In this document: positions 13,151 through 26,415 of the stretch, in pieces
How positions within the stretch are numbered: the first letter of the stretch is position 1
How the letters are laid out: every line of letters begins with the position of its first letter
Program-made: the position numbers and the translations under genes
The notes under the pieces: model-generated
The model's input: only the letters and a program-made list of their open reading frames with translations
Told to the model about the DNA's origin: nothing
Database searches by the model: none
NCBI RefSeq assembly: GCF_001194135.2
Contig: NC_068985.1
Span: forward strand, 51,772,651-51,833,821
Direction: 5' to 3'
DNA: 61,171 nt
From: Octopus bimaculoides
Lineage: Eukaryota

Positions 13151-13211
13151 TCTTGCTAGTTGTACATTGGTACACTCCAATGTACAATGTACCAATGTGC
13201 AACTAGTGAGA
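13151..13211. repeat. Hairpin: 24-bp stem (3 G-U pairs), 13-nt loop
   Basis: ctagttgtacattggtaca (13156-13174) pairs with tgtaccaatgtgcaactag (13188-13206), extended by tcttg/tgaga. Confidence 0.85.
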
Positions 13212-13547
13212 ATGAGATTGAATAAATACCAGGCTCAAAAAAATGAAGTACTGAGGTTCATGCATTTGACTATAAGTTCTTCAAAGTGGTGCCCCAGCAT
13301 GGCCATAATCTAATGAATGAAACAAGTAGAAGGTGAAAGATAGAAGATGAAATTATAACTTGAGGATATTATTGATGGTGTGTATTGGTGTGAAAAGAGT
13401 AAGTAAAACTTGTTAAACTTTACTTCAAACATCAGAACTCACCTCTCTTCATGTCTCTTTCTTTTCTTTCCTTTCCTGAGCGTCCAATAACACTGTACTT
13501 ATTCCACATCCTCGCGTTGTTGTTTTTTCTTGCTTGTTCATGTTTGG

Positions 13548-13591
<44 letters not shown>

Positions 13592-16500
13592 TACATGTGC
13601 AAGCACAAGTGTTTGTGAATGTACCTATGTGTATGCACATGAAAGTATATTTGAGCATTGAGCCTCATGGAAGCAATGACAAATGACCAAGACCTTTGGC
13701 ATTATGCCGTGCTTGAGAAGAAAACTCATCAAGTCAAGTGAAACTGCAGTTGTGGCAGATACTGGTGTCATACAAGTGGTACCCATGCTGGTGGCACATA
13801 AAAGCACCCATTACACTCTTGGAGTGGTTGGTGTTAGGAAAGGCATCCAGCCATGGGAACCATGACAAATCAGACTGGAGTCTGGTGTAGCCCCTCAGCT
13901 TACCAACCTTGGTCGAACCGTCCAACCTGTGCCAGCACGGACAACGGATGTTAAATGGTGATCATAATGATGATGTATGTATGTGTGTATGTTTGTCTCT
14001 CCTTGACACAAACATACACACATAATAGCTACAAAATGTTTGCCACTGTTATTCAAGCTGTGCCGTTGATTTCCAGTATTCTGTGAGAGCATGTCTGGCC
14101 ATGGGGAAATATTACCTTGCATGGAAACAAGTGAGAGTTAACAAGAGAAAACATATCTGACCATTGAAAGTCTGCCTCAATAAACTCTATCTTACTCATG
14201 CAAGCATGGAAGAGTGAATGTTCAAATGATAAGAAACCTATACAAACAGTAGGCGGTGCTCTAGCATGGCTGTAGTCAAGTGACTAAAACAATTAAAAGA
14301 ATATGCTTATTCAGTTCTCTATCTCACTCCGTCTTCCACTCCTTATAATCTAGGATGCACTGGTTCCTCCTACTACACAACCCAACCCACCCTGTCATCT
14401 TTTTCTTTGTCACTAACTCCTGATATTGGTTTCAAATTTTGGCACCAAGCCAGCAAGTTCAGGAGAGGGGCTATGTCAGTTATATCGACCCCAGTGCTCA
14501 ACTGGTACTGATTTTACTGACCCTGAAAGGATGAAAGACAAAGTCGATCTCAGTGGAATTTGAACTTAAAATGTAAAGATGGATGAAATACTGCGAAGCA
14601 TTTTGCCTGGCAGGCAAACGATTCTGCTAGCTTGCCGTCTTAATAATAGTAATAATGGTTTCAAATTTTGGCACAAGGCCAACATGTCTGTGGGAGGGGT
14701 GTATGTCGATTACATTGAACCCAGTGCTCAACTGGTACTTATTTTATCAACCCTGAAAAGATGAAAGGCAAAGTTGATCTCAGTGGAATTTGAACACAAA
14801 ACGTAAAGACAGACAAAATGCTGCTAAGCATTTTTCCCAGCATTCTTTTCTTTTACTTGTTTCAGTCATTTTGACTTCTGTGGCCATGCTGGAGCACCGC
14901 CTTTAGTCGAGCAAATCAACCCCAGGACTTATTCTTTGTAAGCCTAGTACTTATTTTATCAGTCCCTTTTGCTGAACTGCTAAGTTATGGGGACGTAAAC
15001 ACATCAGCATTGGTTGTCACGCGATGTTGGGGGGACAACAAACATATACATATATATACGACGGGCTTCTTTCAGTTTCTGTCTACCAAATTCACTCACA
15101 AAGTTTTGGTTGGCCCGAGGCTATAGTAGAAGACACTTGCCCAAGGTTCCACACAGTGGGACTGAACCCAGAACCGTGTGGTTGGTAAGCAAGCTACTTA
15201 CCACACAGCCACTCCTACACCTATACACATGCAAATGATTCTACCAGCTCATTGCCTTCTAACTCCTGATATTACTGCTTCTTGCCCATGCTCCTCTCTT
15301 AACAGTATCTACTTTGTTACTCTCTCCACTACCATCCTCTTACAACAATAAAACTGTTCCTTTCATCATACTTCACCCATTCCTCTTATATTAAGTTGTG
15401 GTGGTTCTTTAGCCATACCAATTACAAGGTGACCTCACTGGTGCTGGTTTTAGCATTCAGATCTCTTTGTCAAATGTATTACTCATTTATTCCCATTGTT
15501 TTGCATTAATGCATTACCTTATAGCTTCAAGATTTCAATGGTGTGTTTGTATACTTTTAGAATGACATTGTAGGATAGGTATGGGAGGTTGGATCTGGTC
15601 AATTTTAGCATAAAACAAGTAAAATATTTGGGCTGGATTAAATGCTAAAGGGTTTCATGCTTATATTGGTCAGATAGAAATGGTTGAAGCACATTTTCTA
15701 CAGTTGGACACCCTTCTTGTTACCAAAGTAAGGTAGTCCTCCCCATGGACAGACATATTTTCACAGACTGTTGGAAATGAAGGATGCTTCTTGTATGATG
15801 GTGACACTAGTTTATAACTATCATTCACATCAAGACACAGAGATATTAATACACACACACCCATGTACATACATATCCATATATATCATCATCATCATTA
15901 TAGTTTAACATCCATCTTTCATGCTGGTGTAGATTAGATGGTTTGACAGGGGCCAGCAAGCAGTAGGGTTATCTTGAGCTCCAATGTCACCTTTGGCATG
16001 GTTTCTCTGACTGGATGCTTTCCCAAATGCCAGCCACTTTACAGAGTGTCCTGGGTACATTTCTAATGCAACTGGCACTAATGAGGTCACCATGATGGAC
16101 TTCTTTTAGCTTCTGACTTCCAAATCCACTCACAAGGCTTTCGTCAGCCTGGAGCTACATTAGAAGACACTTACCCAAGGTGTCATGCAGAGATTGAACC
16201 TGAAATCATGTGGGTGGGAAACAAACTTCTTAACCATACAGCCACATCTGCTCCAATGCCAGTACACTTGGTAGTTTGCAGTGGGAAGGGCATCCAGCTA
16301 CAGAAACCAAGTCAAAACTGGGACATTGGCGCATAACACTGCACTCTAACTTGCCATATTCCGTCAAATTGCCCAACCCATGCCAACATAGAAGTTGGGT
16401 GTAAAATATGTTTGTACTGGAAAAAAAAAATATATATCTAGTTTTGTAAACAGTAGAAATTTTGCAGTCTTTGCTAGCATAAAATGAAACATTCATCTAA

Positions 16501-16779
16501 AAAATTATTGAAATTATCTGATAAAATGCATTTAGATGTTTCAGTTTTAATCCCTCTGATACCTACCTGCCATGACTGCTCCTGGTTCTTTGATATAAAT
16601 TTCTGGTTTTTAAATAAATTAAAACCTTCCTTCAAAATTTATGTTAATTTATGTTCAAAACACCAGCTTAATAATGAAAGTTATTTTACTAACTCCTTCA
16701 TTATTTTTAAAATTAACTGAAACAAGGGTAGTGTATTTCAAAAGAAATACAGTAACAAAAGGATTAATAATGATAAAGT

Positions 16780-17171
16780 GGAGGCACAATGACCCAGTGA
16801 TTAGGGCAGCGGACTCGCGGTCATAGGATCGCGGTTTCGATTACCAGACCGGGTGTTGTGAGTGTTTATTGAGCGAAAACACCTAAAAGCTCCACGAGGC
16901 TCCGGCAAGGGATGGTGGCGAACCCTGCTGTACTCTTCCACAACTTTCTCTCACTCTTACTTCCTGTTTCTGTTCTGTTGTGCCTGTAATTCAAAGGGTC
17001 AGCCTTGTCACACTGTATCACGCTGAATATCCCCGAGAACTACGTTAAGAGTACACGTGTCTCAGGAGTGCTCAGCCACTTGCACGTTAATTTCATGAGC
17101 AGGCTGTTCCATTGATCGGATCAACTGGAACCCTCGACGTCGTAAGCGACGGAGTGCCAACAACAACAACA
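16780..17171 (+). mobile_element. tRNA-SINE family C ((CAA)n tail)
   Basis: A-box-like tgacccagtga, B-box-like ggtttcgattacc, family body, tail gccaacaacaacaac. Confidence 0.85.
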
Positions 17172-18299
17172 AATAATGATGAATTTATTTTACTAAATTC
17201 TTCATTATTTTCAAAATTAATTGAAACAAAGAAAGTATATTTCAATAGAAATATTCTAACAAACGGTTAAGCTGTGCATATTTTATGTTATCCTTCCGAA
17301 ACCGACCTGCTAGAGACTTTCCTTGGTTCTATGATACAAATTTCCTGTTATACAGTGGTATAAATTAACACCTTCTTTTAAAAATTCCATGTTAATTTAT
17401 GTTCCAAACACCAGTTCAATAAGGACAAAGGTATTTTATTAAATTCATCATTATTTAAAAAAAAAAAAACTGATTGAAATGAAGGCAGTATATTTCAATG
17501 GAAATATGGTGGCAAAAGGGTTAGTGAACACAAAGGCCTAGATCAGGTGTTCTCAACCATTTCTTACCTATGGATCCCTTTGATTCCTATTTTACTTGGA
17601 TGAACCTCCAGAGCCATTTGAAGTTTTTTTTAAAAAATCATTATATTTCTATAAAATATTATTAGGAATTGCCATAAAAAAAATTGTTAAAATATTTAAT
17701 GCATTGTATAGTTACTGCACATAAATTTTAACAAAATCTTAGCTGAAACCGCAAGGGTNNNNNNNNNNNNNNNNNNNNNNNNNNNNNNNNNNNNNNNNNN
17801 NNNNNNNNNNNNNNNNNNNNNNNNNNNNNNNNNNNNNNNNNNNNNNNNNNNNNNNNNNNNNNNNNNNNNNNNNNNNNNNNNNNNNNNNNNNNNNNNNNNN
17901 NNNNNNNNNNNNNNNNNNNNNNNNNNNNNNNNNNNNNNNNNNNNNNNNNNNNNNNNNNNNNNNNNNNNNNNNNNNNNNNNNNNNNNNNNNNNNNNNNNNN
18001 NNNNNNNNNNNNNNNNNNNNNNNNNNNNNNNNNNNNNNNNNNNNNNNNNNNNNNNNNNNNNNNNNNNNNNNNNNNNNNNNNNNNNNNNNNNNNNNNNNNN
18101 NNNNNNNNNNNNNNNNNNNNNNNNNNNNNNNNNNNNNNNNNNNNNNNNNNNNNNNNNNNNNNNNNNNNNNNNNNNNNNNNNNNNNNNNNNNNNNNNNNNN
18201 NNNNNNNNNNNNNNNNNNNNNNNNNNNNNNNNNNNNNNNNNNNNNNNNNNNNNNNNNNNNNNNNNNNNNNTTCAGCTCCCACCTCATGTGGGTATATAT

Positions 18300-18329
<30 letters not shown>

Positions 18330-18330
<1 letters not shown>

Positions 18331-18708
18331 GAGGCGCAATGGCCCAATGGTTAGGGCAGCGGACTCGCGGTCATAGAATCGTCGTTTCGATTCCCAGACC
18401 GGGCATTGTGAGTGTTTATTGAACGAAAACACCTAAAGCTTCACGAGGCTCCGGCAGGGGATGGTGGCAAACCCTGCTGTACTCTTCTACCACAACTTCT
18501 CTCACTCTTACTTCCTGTTTCTGTTGTGCCTGTAATTCAAAGGGTCAGCCTTGTCACACTGTGTCACGCTGAATATTCCCGAGAACTACTTTAAGGGTAC
18601 ACGTGTCTGTGGAGTGCTCAGCCACTTGCACGTTAATTTCACGAGCAGGCTGTTCCGTTGATCGGATCAACTGGAACCCTTGATGTCATAAGCGACGGAG
18701 TGCCAACA
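18330..18708 (+). mobile_element. tRNA-SINE family C
   Basis: ggaggcgcaatggcccaatggttagggcagcggactcgcgg...; highly similar to the copies at 16780, 44497 and 52888. Confidence 0.85.
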
Positions 18709-18734
18709 CACACACATATATATATACATACACA

Positions 18735-18952
18735 TGAGGTGGGGGCTGAAAAGTTCCTGGCTTTAAGAGTATCACAAAAGGCGTGACTGGAGGCCCAACC
18801 TTCTGAGTTCTTTTACAGGGCTTAGAAAAACTGAAGGACCAGTGTAATAAGTCTGTGAATCTGAGGGAGTAATATGTTGAGTAGAATTATAATTAACTGA
18901 TCCTCCTGTATTTTCTTTTACCCAAAACTAGGAACTTTTCAGCACTCCCTCA
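18735..18952. mobile_element. mariner-type MITE
   Basis: Imperfect ~26-bp TIRs tgaggtgggggctgaaaagttcctgg / ctaggaacttttcagcactccctca, followed by TA. Confidence 0.65.
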
Positions 18953-19241
18953 TATATAAAACCATACCTTGATACTGTGTTGACAGAGGTTCAACTGACA
19001 GGTCACTGTTATGTGTAATCTTAGTTACTTAGGCAAGGGCTTCTAATTTTGAGAATCAAAGTTGTGATGTTGCTTTGGTGTAGTAGTTAGCAAAGCTATG
19101 CAGTTTACAACAAACCAGTGTTCAAATCCAATATGTGATATTACAACTTTTTTCAGTTTTCTTCTATATTAGACATACATAATATAAAAGACTGAAAAAA
19201 AGTTATATATAAACATATATATATAATGCTTTGGTGTATAG

Positions 19242-19437
19242 CAGGGGTCTCCAAAGTGGTTGATATCGACCTTGGGAGGGAGGAGGGGGTCGATGGGACT
19301 ATTCAAAGAGTTGATAAGTGCACATCTACTTAATTATTATTATTACTTATTTATTTTCTTGTACATACCTGGGGTTTGATGAGGGGGTCAAGGATTCCAT
19401 GAAGGGGTTGATGGTCTAAAAAGTCTGGGGACCCCTG
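19242..19437. mobile_element. hAT MITE
   Basis: TIRs CAGGGGTCTCCAAA / TCTGGGGACCCCTG; 8-bp TSD gtgtatag / gtgtagag (7/8 match). Confidence 0.75.
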
Positions 19438-19789
19438 GTGTAGAGGTTAGCACAGCTATACAGCAAATACAGGTTTCTGAATCCTATACTTGATGCCACA
19501 ACATCTTCTTGTCTTCTATATATTCGCATAATCACCAAACCTGGAGCTTAACTATGGTCTATCCACAGCACTTACTCAGCATTACCTGAAACCTCTGGGT
19601 CTAATTGACACCACTTTCGCTCATAACCTATATATATATACACACACACATATATATATACAAATTCTGTAGCATGCCAACAGATGGCAGTGCATGCGCA
19701 GTGAGAACTAGCAGTGATCTTCATGAGGCAGTGTGCTGAGTGACATCCCTGCTGTGAAATTTGTGTTTTTGTGATCATGTGTATGCTGT

Positions 19790-20118
19790 TGTTTGTTTGT
19801 TGGCACTCTCGTGAAATTAACGTGCAAGTGGCTGAGCACTCCACAGACACGTGTACCCTTAACGTAGTTCTCGGGGATATTCAGCGTGACACAGTGTGAC
19901 AAGGCTGACCCTTTGAAATACAGGCACAACAGATACAGGAAGAAAGGGTGAGATAAAGTTGTGGTGAAAGTGTACAGCAGTGTTTGCCATCATCCCCTGC
20001 CGGAGTCTCGTGGAGCTTTAGGTGTTTTCGCTCAATAAACACTCACAACGCCCCATCTGGGAATCAAAACCGCAATCCCATGACTGCGAGTCCGCTGCCC
20101 TAACCATTGGGCCTCCAC
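19790..20118 (-). mobile_element. tRNA-SINE family C with 12-bp TSD
   Basis: TSD tgtgtatgctgt at 19778-19789 and 20119-20130. Confidence 0.85.
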
Positions 20119-20772
20119 TGTGTATGCTGTAGTCTGTGATTTTTGTCATGGACAGGGAGTTGAAACAAAGAGCCGTGGAATTTTGCATTAAACTTGGGAA
20201 GTCTGCTACAGAGACTGTGAGCATACTTTGGCATGCTTGCAGTGGTGAAGCAATGGGTCGTACACAATGTTTCAAGTGGCAGGAGTGCTTCAAAGGCGGA
20301 AGAACATCCCTGGAAGACGATGAATGATCTGGAAGATCTGTCGTGAGTGTTGCCCCTGTAAATGTGGAGAAAATTCATCAGCTTGAGCATGAAGATTGTC
20401 AGAGGACAATTGACGACACTGCTGATGTTGGTCCATGCATGCAATCCAAGTGTCTGGATTCTTCATGACAACAATGCACTCTGTCACTGAGCTCTCCTCA
20501 CTCATGAGTTTATTGCCAAAAACAACATGGCATCGCTTCTGCACCTGCTCTATTCGCTAGATTTAGCACCTGCATACTTCCATCTCTTCCCCATGATGAA
20601 AGTGCAGCTTAAAGGTCGCTGTTTTAACACTGTTGCAGAGATCTAGAGTGAGATCTAAAAAGTCTTCGACTCGCTTACGGAAAATGACTTCTGGGCTGAA
20701 TTCCAAAAGTGATAGGAATGCTGAGTTTGGTGTATCACAACACAAGATGACTATTTCGAAGGAGATTATGTT

Positions 20773-21520
20773 AGTTACTCTTTTTCTTGTTTCAGTCATT
20801 TGACTGTGGCCATACTGGAGCACTGCCTTTATAGTCAAGCAAATCAACTGCAGAGTTTATTCTTTGTAAGCCTAGTACTTATTCTATCACTCTCTTTTGC
20901 CGAATCGCTAAGTTAGGGGGAAGCAAACAACCAGCATCGGTTGTCAAGTGATGCTGGGTGGGGGGACAAACAGACACACAAACATATACACAACACACAT
21001 ATATATATGTGGCCGTTGCTAGTACCGCCTGACTGGCCCTCGTAGGATTTTCGAGCGAGATCGTTGCCAGTGCCCCTGGACTGGCTCTTGTGCGGGTGGC
21101 ACATAAAATACACCATTTTGAGCGTGGCCGTTGCCAGTACTGCCTGACTGGCCTTCGTGCAGGCGACACGTAAAAGCACCCACTACACTCTCTGAGTGGT
21201 TGGCATTAGGAAGGGCATCCAGCTGTAGAAACTCTGCCAAACCAGATTGGAGCCTGGTGTAGCCATCTGGTTTCACCAATCCTCAGTCAAATCGTCCAAC
21301 CCATGCTAGCATGGAAAGCGGACGTTAAACGACGATGATGATGATGATGATATACATATATGATGGGCTTCTTCCAGTTTCCGACTACCAAATCCACTCA
21401 CTAGGCTTTGGTCGGCCCGAGGCTATAGTAGAAGACACTTGCCCAAGGTGCCACGCAGAGGGACTGAACCCGGGACCATGTGGTTGGTAAGCAAGCTACT
21501 TACCACACAGACACTCCTGC
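20773..21520 (-). mobile_element. tRNA-SINE family B hosting a young GAT-tailed RTE 3' end (~21010-21350, plus strand)
   Basis: The family B tail (20775-21000) and head (21355-21520) flank the insert at the internal microsatellite. Confidence 0.75.
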
Positions 21521-23031
21521 ACCTATTTATTTATCAAACATAACTAGTCCAGGAACACTTTGATACTACCTCATATATATATATATATATACTAATATAA
21601 TCCGCTACAAGGTCCAGTCCTTGTTGCAGTGTAGTGGTTTGTCTGCCTAAAGGATCCTGAGACCTATGCCAGCTAAGCTCAAGTTAGGGACTCGTCTGCT
21701 GGACAGGTCAAAGGAAAGAGGCCAGGCTAATATGAACCACCTTTTCCCAGAGGTAAAACTAGTTTGCAGAGGGCCAAAACTCCCACCTAAAAAAAAAGTT
21801 ACAAAAATATTGAAGACAATTCAAAACCAACAAGAACTGGGAAAGGAAGGCTCAGAATCAAAAACGGTAAAAATAAATTGGTCGATGGCTTCTGCTCTAT
21901 AGGGGGTGAAGGGCTTAAGAAGAATGTTAATATAATAAAGGCTGTTATATATTTATAAGAGTATATCATCATTATCGTTTAACGTCCGCTTTCCATGCTA
22001 GCATGGGTTGGACGATTTGACTGAGGGCTGGTGGACCAGGAGGCGACACCAGGCTCCAATCTGATTTGGCAGAGTTTTTACAGCTGGATGCCCTTCCTAA
22101 CGCCAACCACTCCGAGAGTGTAGTGGGTGTTTTACGTGCCACCGGCACGAGGGCCAGTCAGGCGGAACTGGCGATGGCCACGCTCGAAATGGTGTGTTTT
22201 ACATGCCACCTGCACAGGAGCCAGCCCATCGGCACTGGCAACGATCTCGCTTGAAGATCGTTGCCAGTGCCGAGGGATTATCAATCTGGGTAAAATACTT
22301 TATAAACTCTCTTAGTATTGCTTAAATCAGTAAAGAACTTGGTGTATCCTTGTGGCAGAGTCTGAGGTTATAGGTTATTACCATTCTATATTGCATATTT
22401 CTTTACTATAAGAAATTTGCAATGACCATGTGTGTTAATTTAATTTAAATGTAGAAGAAACCAAAACAGAGTTTGAATTTTGGATTTTCTTGTTTTTATT
22501 CCTATCCGTTGATAAAAGATGAAACATAAAATTACTAACAAATAAACCCATTTCATTTTGGTTGGAGAAATCTTTTCATTGCCCGAGACATTCATTAAAT
22601 ACAGAAAGACATGCAATTTTATTGTAGTTTATTAATTCCCCCAAACCAAAATGAATAGAAAATAAAAAATCATTTAAAACAACAGTTGTAAGATTGTTAT
22701 ATATAAAAAAAAGAACAGTATAAACGGTATTGGTAGGTGATGTGTGACTAGCAGAAGTACGGTTGTAGCTACAAGCAAAACCATTTTCCCCTACATTTTC
22801 CTTTCTTTATAAAACATTTATAAACCTGTGAGATGGAAATGCAAAAAAAAAACTCAAAGAAATTAAAGACGGGAATGGAGAGAGANNNNNNNNNNNNNNN
22901 NNNNNNNNNNNNNNNNNNNNNNNNNNNNNNNNNNNNNNNNNNNNNNNNNNNNNNNNNNNNNNNNNNNNNNNNNNNNNNNNNNNNNTATATATATATATAT
23001 ATATATTTATGTATGTATATATATATAAAAT

Positions 23032-23473
23032 TTAGATAAGGTCAGTTTATAGGATTACCTTAGGTTTCATATCTATAAAAGGGCTTAGCATTATAGCATA
23101 TCATCAGATCTCAAAACCCATTGGCTTAAGGCCTCTCTAGAATATGGAAGAGGAAAGGACCCCGCTACTTAAGTGCTGTAAATTATGCATAGAGGAACGG
23201 GCGAGGATCCTAAAGGACTCCCTGAACCCAAGGAACATCCTCAACTTCAGAAAGGAGGTCTTCAAGACCATGCTTACAATTCAGGAAATTCCTGCTGGCC
23301 TATTGGACCCAGGAGACAATCCCCTTTATTGACATTGAGTAGTGGGATCCTTTCCTCCTCCATATTATAGACAGGCCTTAAGCCAACAGGTTTTGGGATC
23401 TGATGATACGCCATAAATCTAAGCCCTTAAAAGATGTGAAGCCTAAATTAACCCCATAAACTGGCATATCTAA
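23032..23473 (+). mobile_element. Penelope-like foldback: ~140-bp inverted arms around a 165-bp GIY-YIG C-terminal remnant
   Basis: Arms 23032-23170 and 23336-23473 are reverse complements (roughly 80% by eye). The spacer encodes KCCKLCIEERARIL..LNPRNILNFRKE, like the PLE CxLCxxEKxxI..LNxRxE tail. Both arms carry a CTGATGA core. Confidence 0.7.
23053..23110 (-). ncRNA. Minimal type I hammerhead ribozyme motif, core intact
   Basis: GAU-CUGAUGA-U-[stem II with CUAUAA/UUAUAG]-GAAAC-CUAAG-GUA-AUC. Stem I GAU/AUC, stem III ACC/GGU; the base of stem II is imperfect. Confidence 0.6.
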
Positions 23474-23539
23474 CTATAATATATATTGTTCTATAACTTC
23501 GAGTATGTTTCTTTTTTCAGATTTATGTTTTTACAGATG

Positions 23540-23570
<31 letters not shown>

Positions 23571-23578
23571 TGTGTGTG

Positions 23579-23631
<53 letters not shown>

Positions 23632-23637
23632 ATATAT

Positions 23638-23678
<41 letters not shown>

Positions 23679-25166
23679 CACACACATATATAAAGTGGTT
23701 TCACCTATGACCATCCTATCTTTTGTTTATTTAGGATTACAATGACCAATGTGTCCTTCCTGTCTTTGAATATATGAGTGTGTTATTTCTAGTAGGTTGT
23801 ATGGCTAACACAGTTATACCACAAGCTAGATATCACTTAAGAAAACAATTAGGTCCTAAACTGGCTGATTGCTTTTGGTCAGTGCTTCCAATCTGGATGA
23901 GTATGGGGTTGGGGAGAGGCTATAAAACAGAGAAGAAGGATTCAAAAGCACATGAAACCAAATTAAGGGCCTAAATGATAATTGATGAACTTGTAATAAA
24001 CTGACTGTCACATACTGAATGGTTGTTTTACTTGGAGTGCCACATATACCAGGAGACATTCACCATGATATAAAAAGTTATCAAGGTGTAGTTATTTGGA
24101 ACCAATAGATTTGTTTTGTTGCAGAGTTTTCAGATTTAACTGATGGACAGGAATCAATTTCTAGGTGTTTTTTTTATCAATGTTATAAAACCCCAACCAT
24201 TAAAATTCATGTCAATGTTCAAATGAAATATACTGAACTTGCCTGGTGACCACTGCATGCATAACTAAAACAGCATCCCAGAGTCCAGCCTTCATCTTGA
24301 GTTTCGGTCAGCTGCTAACACCTCGACAAAGTGTGAGCCACATTGGAATATTATTCCCATAACTGGGATGGTGGTGTTACAACACATGAGCATCCAAGAC
24401 TTCATGTAAAAGAAAACAAAGCCAACTGATTCACTCACCAACACACAGCAATCTATAACCCACAGACATGTTGTCTACTCCCTTCTTCCATCATAAATAA
24501 AATGGTCACAGCACCTCTGAACAAGATAGTTGTATCCCACCTTTATCCAGATTCATCTCTCTCTCCTTTTCTTTTTACACTTTACTATGTCTAACTCAAA
24601 TGACAGCTGTCTATCTGGGATACTCTTTTTGCTGGAATTTTTCTCCACATATATCAACATACATATGTTGATGTGTACAGAAATTGATATGGTATATGTT
24701 GAAGATGAACAAATACCATGTCTGTTTACGTCAACAGTCTCAGAGGGAATCTGAATAAGTACATTTATATTTATATATTTTATTTTCATAAAGAAAAGGT
24801 TGCGATTTATTTTGGAGCTTTGGTTACGTAATGTTTGTCAGACTGTTCAATGAAGGCTATGTCATTGAAACTTCAAAGTAACCATTAACCTTTCCCTTGT
24901 AAAGATAAAATAAATATAAAGGTTGTCCATAAATTATCTTTACAACTTCCACAATTTTTTTTCCTGAATTTTTCAAATTGTAAAGGTAATTTACAAACAC
25001 ATATTACTCTACTGAAAAATATTGAGTAATCCTTCAAGTTAATAACTGTTTATATATAATAATACATAAAAACCAAAGGTTCTTTTTAACCTAATATTCT
25101 AAATGGTATTATCTATAGCTTTATCTACTTTGAGTTACACCGTTAGGAACAATTTAATTGATACAG

Positions 25167-25206
<40 letters not shown>

Positions 25207-26415
25207 TCAATGTATATACATACATCATATATGAATATATAATGAGCTGAATCTACATTTTCTTCCTATTAATAGCAATTGATAATTACTCATCAATAAA
25301 TCAATAATTATCTATTTTTATACAATTCTTCTTACATAATTATTTATATCCATAAGGAAGACAAAGAGAGAAAAAAAAATTACCATGTTATTTCATATAA
25401 AATATGTTGAAATCTTTGAGAATGCAGGTTTTTCAAGAGTAATATTACGAGAGCTAGCTGATAAGAGATCCTNNNNNNNNNNNNNNNNNNNNNNNNNNNN
25501 NNNNNNNNNNNNNNNNNNNNNNNNNNNNNNNNNNNNNNNNNNNNNNNNNNNNNNNNNNNNNNNNNNNNNNNNNNNNNNNNNNNNNNNNNNNNNNNNNNNN
25601 NNNNNNNNNNNNNNNNNNNNNNNNNNNNNNNNNNNNNNNNNNNNNNNNNNNNNNNNNNNNNNNTCTACAATGTTATTCCTAAAGTAAAGAGTAGCATCAT
25701 TGAAATCTCAAAACTACGAGACAATGCATGAGTAATTCAAAATAATGTAAATATATATAAGCATTACGTTTGATAAGAGTTATCTGAATACTAAAGGGTC
25801 ATTAAAGCCTTTTTCGCACTTCGAATCTATATCCCTCTGAGATCAACTTTGTTTTATCTTTTATCCTTCCAGGGTCAAAAAATAAAAAAAAAGTACCAGT
25901 CAAACATAGTGATCAATTTAATCACCTATACCACCTACCACCAAAGAAAAGAAAAAGAATAAACAAAAAAAAAAAAAGAAAAAAAAACCCATTGTGCCAA
26001 TAGTATTGGGGATCAATAAAAGTCTTTTCACTTACTTTTACAATTATCCTATAAAGAAATGTAGGAAAAAGAAGTGAGAATGTATGAGACCTAAACTAAA
26101 AATTCACATCAGATATTTAGATATTATATTCTCTATATTCTAACTAAGTATCAGCTGTTGGTTAATTTGGTTGTGAAAGGTTTGATGGTTGGATGGAATT
26201 TTTAAGTTTTTGCACAATCTGGATTGATATAGAATATATAAAAAAAAAGCAAAAAAACAAAAAACAACTCCAATCCCCCGCAAAAAACTTACATCTACAA
26301 CAAAATGACTGAGTCGATAATGATCCCTGTTTGGCCAAGCTGTCAGCCCTTTGTTTCAGCATGTCAAATGCACCACATAAATGTCCCCTGGTAAAACACA
26401 TGCTCACAGCCCAAG

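Larger units (their letters stand above)
19665..21573 (+). mobile_element. Degenerate mariner element interrupted by SINE C, SINE B and a GAT-tailed element
   Basis: Transposase remnants (MDRELKQRAVEFCIKLGKSATET; YSxDLAP-like). The 3' TIR aactagtccaggaacactttgatactacctca|TA matches the 47276 element. Confidence 0.75.

Noticed and set aside
16780-16860. tRNA genes at SINE heads (also 18330, 44497, 52888 and 49604)
   Set aside because: A/B boxes are present but acceptor stems do not pair, and each continues into a repeat body.
24295-24345. Minus-strand GACC-GAAAC with upstream TTGTCGA
   Set aside because: Two core mismatches and no NUH site or stem I.
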